From positions 1-64,000 of the forward strand of contig JAVKHQ010000003.1 in NCBI GenBank assembly GCA_031459875.1: 64,000 bases of DNA, read 5' to 3'. The notes under the pieces were generated by a model. The model saw only the letters and a list, made by a program, of their open reading frames with translations. It was not told the DNA's origin and did not search any database. Made by a program: the position numbers and the translations under genes. Origin of the DNA: Candidatus Fervidifonticultor sextus (GTDB lineage: Bacteria > Sysuimicrobiota > Sysuimicrobiia > Sysuimicrobiales > Humicultoraceae). This document shows positions 57,933 to 64,000 of this stretch, piece after piece. The number at the start of each line of letters is the position of its first letter. The stretch's first letter is position 1.

Positions 57933-59853
57933 TCCCCCGGCGCCGCGGCTGCCTGCCCTCCTCCTGCTCACGTTCCTCGGAGCGTCGGTGGCGGCGTTTG
58001 GGATCATGTACCTGGCCCCCATGGAACCGGCGCGGTTCATGCTGGGATTCCGGCAGGGGGTGCGCGAAGACCAGATCCTCCGGCTGCGGGAATGGTACGG
58101 GATGGACCGCCCCAAGGCCGTCCAGTACCTGCGCTGGATGGGGCGGGTCGTGCGGGGGGACTTCGGGGCGTCGCTGGCGACCCGCCGGGATATCGCGCCC
58201 GAGGTGGCGCGACGCATCCCGTGGTCGGCGCTCCTGATCGTGCCGGCGGCGCTGCTGGCGTGGGGACTGGCCGTGCCGCTGGCGGTCGTTTCAGCGGGGC
58301 AGGGGGCGCTGGCCCGCGCCGGCCGCGCGCTGACCACGCTGGGGCTGATCACGCCCACGTTCCTGGTGGCGTCCCTGTTCGTCTACCTCTTTGCGGTGCG
58401 GTGGTCCTGGGTCCCCATCCTGCCGCCGTTCGATCTCAACCTCCTGGCTCCGGCGCTGTGGGTCGGCGTCTTGCTGCCGGCCGTGAGCCTGGCGTTGCCG
58501 GTGGCCGCGGTCCTGGCCGGCGAGATGCGCGGCCGCGTGGAGGCGGCCCTCCAGGCGCCGTTTGTCACCGCCGCCCGCGCCAGGGGCGTCCCCGAGCGCC
58601 GCGTGGTCTGGCGCCACGCTGCTGGAGCCGGGGCAGCGGCGGTCCTGGCGCAGCCGCTGCCGGTCATCGGCCTCCTGGTCTCGGGGATGCTCGTGGTCGA
58701 GGAGATCTTCAACTGGCCCGGGATCGGTCGGGTCTTCATGCGGGCGGTGGCGGTGCGCGACGTGCCGGTGTTGCAGGCCATCCTGCTCGTCCTGGCCGCA
58801 GGGGTGCTGATGCTGGAGGGGGTCATCCGCGCCGGAGGCCGGCAGCGGATGGGACACCGGGCGACGGTCCCAGACGGCGCGGCTCCGACCGGGCGGCCGG
58901 AGGCGGTGAGCGCTCCCGGCCTCCACACCCGCCTGGCGGTGGCCCTGGCGGGAGCGCTGGTCGTGGGGATGGTCGCCGCCCCGGTGTTGGTCCGGTTCCC
59001 ACCCGACCAGGTCCACCTGGACGAGATCCAGCTGCCGCCGTCGGCCCGCCACTGGCTTGGGACCGATTCGTCCGGCCGCGACCTGTTCAGCCGATTGCTG
59101 TACGCCGGCCACGTGTCCCTGGGGATTTCCGCCGCCGCCGCGGTGGCCGCCGTCCTGGCCAGCCTGCTGCTGTCCCTCCACACGTCGTGGCGGTGGCCGT
59201 GGCGGTGGTCGTGGGACAGGCAGGCCTTGGTGGCCTGGGCCGCGCGGTCCCTGACCGCCATTCCCACCCTGGCGCTGGCCATCTCGGCGATCGCCATCGC
59301 CGGCCGCGCCCCCCTGCAGATCGCCGCGGTCTTCACTGTGCTGGGCATCGCTTCGACGGCCGGACGGATCAGCGCGCTCCAGGCTGCGGGCCGCAGATGG
59401 ACGTTCGTGGAGGCGGCCGCGGTCTGTGGCGCGGCGCCGTCCCGGGTCGCCGAGCGGCACCTGCTCCCCCATCTGGCGCGGCCGCTGGGGGCGGCCGCCG
59501 CCAGCCTCGTCCCGGGATTCCTGATCCTGGAGGCCACCCTGGGCTTCCTGGGGTTCAGCGTGACCCCGACGATGCCGAGCTGGGGGACGCTGCTGTGGCG
59601 ATCCCGCGAAGCCCTCCACCGAGGGGACTGGTGGCTGATTGTCTTCCCCTGGCTCTTCGTCGCAGGGGCCGCGTGGGCGTTCGGCGTACTCGCGGCGTGG
59701 CTCGGCGCCCCCGGCCCGCCGACCTACGTCAGGCCGGCGAAGAGGGCGCTGGGGTCCGAGTGGGGCCAGGCAGCCACCGCGCGCGGCCGCATCGTTCCGG
59801 TGACCTCGGCGCGGCCAGCCGTCCCCGCCGGCCGCGGCCCAGCGCCCCGGTAG
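57925..59853 (+). CDS. Fused DppB-DppC-type ABC transporter permease
   Basis: N-terminal half QYLRW, TAARARG, EEIFNWPGIG; C-terminal half HWLGTDSSGRD, EATLGFLG and PSWG. Confidence 0.85.
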   Translation: MGDPPAPRLPALLLLTFLGASVAAFGIMYLAPMEPARFMLGFRQGVREDQILRLREWYGMDRPKAVQYLRWMGRVVRGDFGASLATRRDIAPEVARRIPWSALLIVPAALLAWGLAVPLAVVSAGQGALARAGRALTTLGLITPTFLVASLFVYLFAVRWSWVPILPPFDLNLLAPALWVGVLLPAVSLALPVAAVLAGEMRGRVEAALQAPFVTAARARGVPERRVVWRHAAGAGAAAVLAQPLPVIGLLVSGMLVVEEIFNWPGIGRVFMRAVAVRDVPVLQAILLVLAAGVLMLEGVIRAGGRQRMGHRATVPDGAAPTGRPEAVSAPGLHTRLAVALAGALVVGMVAAPVLVRFPPDQVHLDEIQLPPSARHWLGTDSSGRDLFSRLLYAGHVSLGISAAAAVAAVLASLLLSLHTSWRWPWRWSWDRQALVAWAARSLTAIPTLALAISAIAIAGRAPLQIAAVFTVLGIASTAGRISALQAAGRRWTFVEAAAVCGAAPSRVAERHLLPHLARPLGAAAASLVPGFLILEATLGFLGFSVTPTMPSWGTLLWRSREALHRGDWWLIVFPWLFVAGAAWAFGVLAAWLGAPGPPTYVRPAKRALGSEWGQAATARGRIVPVTSARPAVPAGRGPAPR

Positions 59854-59885
59854 CCGTGGCACACCACCCGGCCAGTGGGGGTCTG

Positions 59886-60851
59886 CTAGCCCGCCTTCCG
59901 GCTGACGGCGCGGCGCGCGGCCGCGGCGATCGCCGATGAGGTCAGACCGTACTTCTCCATCAGGGCCCTGGGGGTCCCCGATTCCCCGAAGCAGTCCTGG
60001 ATGCCCACCCGTTCCACCGGGACCGGGTGGTGCGCAGCCACGGTCTCGCACACCGCCCCGCCCAGCCCTCCCAGCACGGTGTGCTCCTCCGCGGTGACGA
60101 TTGCCCCGGTCTCGCGGGCCGCGGCGACGATGGCCGCTTCATCCAGCGGCTTGATGGTGGCGCAGTTGAGCACCCGGGCCTCGATGCCTTCGGCGGCCAG
60201 CGTCTCCGCCGCGGCCAGCGCCTCGGCCACCATGATGCCGCAGGCGATGAGGGCCACATCGGTCCCCTCGCGGAGCACCCGCGCGGCCCCCAGGACGAAC
60301 CGGTACGCCTCATCGAGGATGAGCGGTGCGGCGGCGCGGCCCAGGCGCACGTAGACCGGGCCGGGGAACCCGGCGATCGCCCGGATGACCTGGCGGGTCT
60401 CGGTGGCATCGGCCGGCACGATGACCGTCATGTTGGCCAGCGCCCGCATCATCGCCAGTTCCTCGATGGCCTGGGCGCTCATGCCGTCTTCGCCCACCGT
60501 GATGCCGCCGTGGGTGCTGACGAGTTTCACGTTCAGCCGCGGCTGGGCCACCAGGACCCGGATCTGGTCGTAGCAGCGTCCGGGCGAGAAGACCGCAAAA
60601 GAACTCACAAAGGGGATCCTGCCGCAGGCCGCCAGCCCGGCGGCCACACCGATCATGTTCTGCTCGGCGATCCCGCACTCGATGAAGCGGTCGGGAAAGG
60701 CCGCCGCGAACGCCTCCAGGCGGTTGGAATCCCGCAGGTCGCCGGTGAGGGCCACGACCTGCGGATGGTCCCGGGCGACCTCGACCAGCGCCTCGCCGTA
60801 GGCATCGCGGGTCGCCTTCATCCCCCTCGTGGCGATGGTCGGTGCCGCCAT
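59886..60851 (-). CDS. Transketolase, C-terminal subunit
   Basis: ATRDAYG, GIAEQNM, GEDG and EEH. Confidence 0.93.
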   Translation of the reverse strand: MAAPTIATRGMKATRDAYGEALVEVARDHPQVVALTGDLRDSNRLEAFAAAFPDRFIECGIAEQNMIGVAAGLAACGRIPFVSSFAVFSPGRCYDQIRVLVAQPRLNVKLVSTHGGITVGEDGMSAQAIEELAMMRALANMTVIVPADATETRQVIRAIAGFPGPVYVRLGRAAAPLILDEAYRFVLGAARVLREGTDVALIACGIMVAEALAAAETLAAEGIEARVLNCATIKPLDEAAIVAAARETGAIVTAEEHTVLGGLGGAVCETVAAHHPVPVERVGIQDCFGESGTPRALMEKYGLTSSAIAAAARRAVSRKAG

Positions 60852-60854
60852 GGC

Positions 60855-61694
60855 CTACCCCTTGGGCGCGGCGCCGTCGAGTTCAGCGAGCGCCCGCGCC
60901 AGTTCGCCCTTGGTCAGCGCCTTGCCGTGGAAGCCCACGACGCCCTCGATGAACGAGACGCCCTTGCCCTTCACGGTGCGCGCGATGATCACCTGCGGCC
61001 GGCCCACGACGGTGCGCGCCCGTTCCAGGGCCCCCACGATGGCGGCCATGTCGTGCCCGTCGATCTCGCAGACGTCCCAGTTGAAGGCACGCCACTTGTC
61101 GGCCAGGGGGTCCAGCCGCAGGCGCTCTTCGGTCGGGCCGGTCTGTTGCAGGCCATTGCGGTCCACGATGGCGGTCAGGTTGTCCAGGCCGTAGTGCGCC
61201 GCAAAGAGCGCGCCCTCCCAGATCGAGCCCTCCTGCGACTCGCCGTCGCCCAGCATGGCGTAGACGCGGTATCCCCGGCCGTCCTGCTTGCCGGCCAGCG
61301 CCATGCCGATGGCCGCCGAGAAGCCCATCCCCAGCGACCCCGTGGAGACCTCCACCCCCGGCGTGCGGGTCATGTCGGGGTGGCCCTGGAGGATGCTGTT
61401 GATCTCGCGCAGCGTCCACAGGTGCTGCGGGTCGAAGTAGCCGCAAGCGGCCAGCACGACGTACCACGCCGGGCAGGCGTGGCCCTTGCTGAGCACGAAG
61501 CGGTCCCGGTCCGGCCAGGTCGGGTTCTTCGGGTCGTGGCGCAGGTGGTGGAAGTAGAGGGCGGTGATGATGTCGATGGCCGACAGCGAGCCGCCGGGGT
61601 GGCCGGAGCCGGCCCTGGTGATGACCTGGAGGATGGTCTTCCGGAACTCCCGGGCGCGCGCCTCGAGCGCGCGGACGTCGACAGGCCCCTGCAT
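60855..61694 (-). CDS. Transketolase, N-terminal subunit
   Basis: SGHPGGSLS, DRFVLSKGHA, LQGHP, GDGESQEG and TVKGKG. Confidence 0.94.
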   Translation of the reverse strand: MQGPVDVRALEARAREFRKTILQVITRAGSGHPGGSLSAIDIITALYFHHLRHDPKNPTWPDRDRFVLSKGHACPAWYVVLAACGYFDPQHLWTLREINSILQGHPDMTRTPGVEVSTGSLGMGFSAAIGMALAGKQDGRGYRVYAMLGDGESQEGSIWEGALFAAHYGLDNLTAIVDRNGLQQTGPTEERLRLDPLADKWRAFNWDVCEIDGHDMAAIVGALERARTVVGRPQVIIARTVKGKGVSFIEGVVGFHGKALTKGELARALAELDGAAPKG

Positions 61695-61865
61695 GACAGC
61701 TGCTCCTCGAGGGTGTGATCGACCCCTGGAGGCTTCTGTACCGGTTCCCCGCGCCCCTGCCGCGGCGCGGGAACCTGACGGCGCGGTGTCGGCAGCAGGA
61801 CGACGGAGGCAGCGGCGCGTAGTGGCGCTATGGGGTTCCTGCACTGCCGCGGAGACCTAGGACCC

Positions 61866-62882
61866 GTGGGGACGGACGTGCCGGAGATCGTGGCGCTCGG
61901 AGAACCGATGGCGGAGTTCGCGGCCGTGGAGCGCGGCCGCCTCAGCACGGTGGCGACGTTCCGGCGGGGGTTCGGGGGCGACACCTCCAATTTCGTCGTC
62001 GCCGCCGCCCGGCTGGGCGCCAGGTGCGGGTACATCACGCGCCTGGGCGGTGACGAGTTCGGCCGAGCCTTCCTCGACCTCTGGCATCGCGAAGGCATTG
62101 ATACCTCCCACGTGGTGGTCGAGCCTGACGGCTTCACCGGCGTCTACTTCACGGCCCTGGCCGAGGACGGCTCGCACAGCTTCACCTACTACCGTGCCGG
62201 CTCGGCGGCCAGCCGGCTCGGTCCCGCGGACATCCCGGCGGACTACGTGGCCACCGCGCGCGTCGTACACACGAGCGGGATCACACTGGCCATCTCCGAG
62301 TCCGCCCGGGCAGCGGCGGAGGCCATGATCGAGGCCGCCCGCAGCTGCGGCGTCATGGTCAGCTTCGATGCGAACGTACGGCCGCGGCTGCTGGACCTGA
62401 GGCGGCTGGGCCCCATCGTCGAAGAGACGATGGTCAACGCCGACCTGGTGTTCCTGAGCGCAGAGGATGCGGACCACCTCTACGGCCCGCTTCACCCGGC
62501 GCGCGTGGTCGAGCGCGTGCTGGCCGGCAGCGCCCGCATCGTCGCCCTCAAGCTGGGCGCCGACGGCTGCCTGGTGGCGGGCGCCGACGGCTCCCGGTGG
62601 GCGGTGCCGTCCTGGCCCGTCGAGCCGGTGGATGCCACCGGCGCTGGCGACGCCTTCGACGCGGCGTTCGTCGTCCACTGGCTGCGCGGCGCACCCCCGG
62701 AGGAGGCGGCCCGCTTCGCCAACGCCGTGGGGGCGCTGGTGGCCAGCGGCCTCGGCGCCGTAGACCCCATCCCGACCCAAAGCCAGGTTGAAGCGTTCAT
62801 GGAGGGCGCGAGGGCAGCGCCGCGGCACGCCGCCGGGCCTCTCGGCGGCACCGGCCGGGCGCGGGGAGGAGGCAGGACGTAA
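61866..62882 (+). CDS. PfkB-family sugar kinase (KDG kinase-like)
   Basis: GGDTSN, YYRAGSAAS, FDANVR and DATGAGDAF. Confidence 0.9.
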   Translation: MGTDVPEIVALGEPMAEFAAVERGRLSTVATFRRGFGGDTSNFVVAAARLGARCGYITRLGGDEFGRAFLDLWHREGIDTSHVVVEPDGFTGVYFTALAEDGSHSFTYYRAGSAASRLGPADIPADYVATARVVHTSGITLAISESARAAAEAMIEAARSCGVMVSFDANVRPRLLDLRRLGPIVEETMVNADLVFLSAEDADHLYGPLHPARVVERVLAGSARIVALKLGADGCLVAGADGSRWAVPSWPVEPVDATGAGDAFDAAFVVHWLRGAPPEEAARFANAVGALVASGLGAVDPIPTQSQVEAFMEGARAAPRHAAGPLGGTGRARGGGRT

Positions 62883-62908
62883 ATCACTCGGTTGCGAGAG
62901 GAGAAGCG

Positions 62909-63877
62909 ATGAGGGCGATCCGCGTGCACGAATTCGGCGGCCCGGAGGTACTCCGCTTCGAGGACCTCCCCGACCCCCAGCCGGGGCCCGGACAGGTCCT
63001 CATCCGCCTGGAGGCCATCGGCGTCAACTTCATCGACATTTATTTCCGTACCGGGACCTACCCGGTGCGGCTGCCGTTCGTGCCCGGTGAGGAGGGGGCC
63101 GGGATCGTCCTGGCGGTCGGGCCCGGGGTGACCGCCTGCGGGCCGGGCGATCGCGTCGGCTTCACGCTGGGCCGGGGCGCCTATGCCGAGCAGGCCGCGG
63201 TCGCCGAGGCGCGGGTGGTCAAGTTGCCGCATGGCATCGACGCCCAGACCGCGGCTGCCGCCATGCTGCAGGGGATCACCGCGCACTACCTGACGCATGC
63301 GACCTACTCGCTGCGTGCTGGCGATTGGGCGCTGGTCCATGCGGCGGCCGGCGGGGTGGGCCTGCTGCTCGTGCAGATGGCGAAGCGCCTGGGCGCCACG
63401 GTGATCGCCACGGTGGGCAGCCAGGCCAAGGTCGCGCTGGCCCGCGAGGCCGGCGCCGACCACGTGATCGTCTACACCGAGCAGGACTTCGAGGAAGAGA
63501 CCAGGCGCCTGACGGGCGGCCGGGGCGTGGACGTCGTCTATGATTCGGTGGGCAAGACGACCTTCGAGAAGGGATTGAACGTGCTGCGCCCCCGCGGGGT
63601 GTTCGTGCTCTTCGGCCAGGCCAGCGGGCCGGTCCCGGCGATCGACCCGCAGGTCCTCAACGCCAAGGGCTCGCTCTTTCTCACGCGGCCGGGATTCGGC
63701 CACTACACCGCGACGCGCCACGAACTGGAGCAGCGCACCGGAGACGTCTTCCGGATGATCCAGGACGGTGCCCTCAAGGTGCGGGTGGACCGGCGCCTGC
63801 CGCTGGCGCAGGCGGCCGACGCGCACCGCGCGCTGGAGAGCCGGCAGACGATGGGGAAGGTCCTCCTGATTCCCTAG
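62909..63877 (+). CDS. qor: NADPH:quinone oxidoreductase (zeta-crystallin family)
   Basis: GVNFIDIYFRTG, TAHYL, HAAAGGVG, YDSVG and KGSLFLTRP. Confidence 0.93.
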   Translation: MRAIRVHEFGGPEVLRFEDLPDPQPGPGQVLIRLEAIGVNFIDIYFRTGTYPVRLPFVPGEEGAGIVLAVGPGVTACGPGDRVGFTLGRGAYAEQAAVAEARVVKLPHGIDAQTAAAAMLQGITAHYLTHATYSLRAGDWALVHAAAGGVGLLLVQMAKRLGATVIATVGSQAKVALAREAGADHVIVYTEQDFEEETRRLTGGRGVDVVYDSVGKTTFEKGLNVLRPRGVFVLFGQASGPVPAIDPQVLNAKGSLFLTRPGFGHYTATRHELEQRTGDVFRMIQDGALKVRVDRRLPLAQAADAHRALESRQTMGKVLLIP

Positions 63878-63931
63878 CGCAGCGCGGCGTGTGCATCGGC
63901 GGGACTGGTGGGACGGCAGTTTTCACCACGT

Positions 63932-63960
63932 TTGACGCTCCATGGGGACGGTGCTACGAT
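63932..63960 (+). promoter_or_regulatory. Sigma70 promoter for a gene at or beyond the window edge
   Basis: TTGACG-17 bp-TACGAT with a TGn extended -10. Confidence 0.7.
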
Positions 63961-64000
63961 CAACAGGAGCGTATCCGCAGGGGTGACGGGTGGCGCGCAT

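Noticed and set aside
609..63826. Many long overlapping or antisense ORFs (e.g. 35300-37582 +, 52127-54256 -, 32920-34776 -, 60027-61718 +)
   Set aside because: They are shadow frames of real genes in high-GC DNA, with no family motifs and Arg/Gly/Pro-biased or antisense-pattern composition.
1..64000. CRISPR array, tRNA or rRNA genes
   Set aside because: No regularly spaced direct repeats, cloverleaf signatures or rRNA-like sequence were seen in any intergenic region.

Overview
High-GC bacterial chromosomal window, mostly housekeeping and catabolic genes: a TRAP transporter, gabD, hom, thrC-lysC, a SigB/F-type sigma factor, acs, a heme-copper oxidase operon with a CtaA-CtaB fusion, pdhABC, adenosine deaminase, a sufCBD-ferredoxin-sufSU operon, split transketolase, a PfkB kinase and qor. 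It also holds two ABC-linked catabolic clusters, a 4-kb patch of decayed genes and an IS-like end that truncates a PPOX gene at the left edge. Two things stand out. (1) At 7.7-9.3 kb a 40-aa secreted pro-peptide gene lies directly upstream of a 430-aa XRE-HTH+TPR regulator. This looks like an RRNPP-style peptide signalling pair in a high-GC genome, with a second HTH-TPR paralogue and a cell-wall amidase nearby. (2) At 45.8-46.7 kb an intact MNT-HEPN fusion has both catalytic motifs eroded and is preceded by a perfect palindrome over its promoter. No tRNA, rRNA or CRISPR array was seen. All family calls come from motif recognition by eye; no database searches were run.
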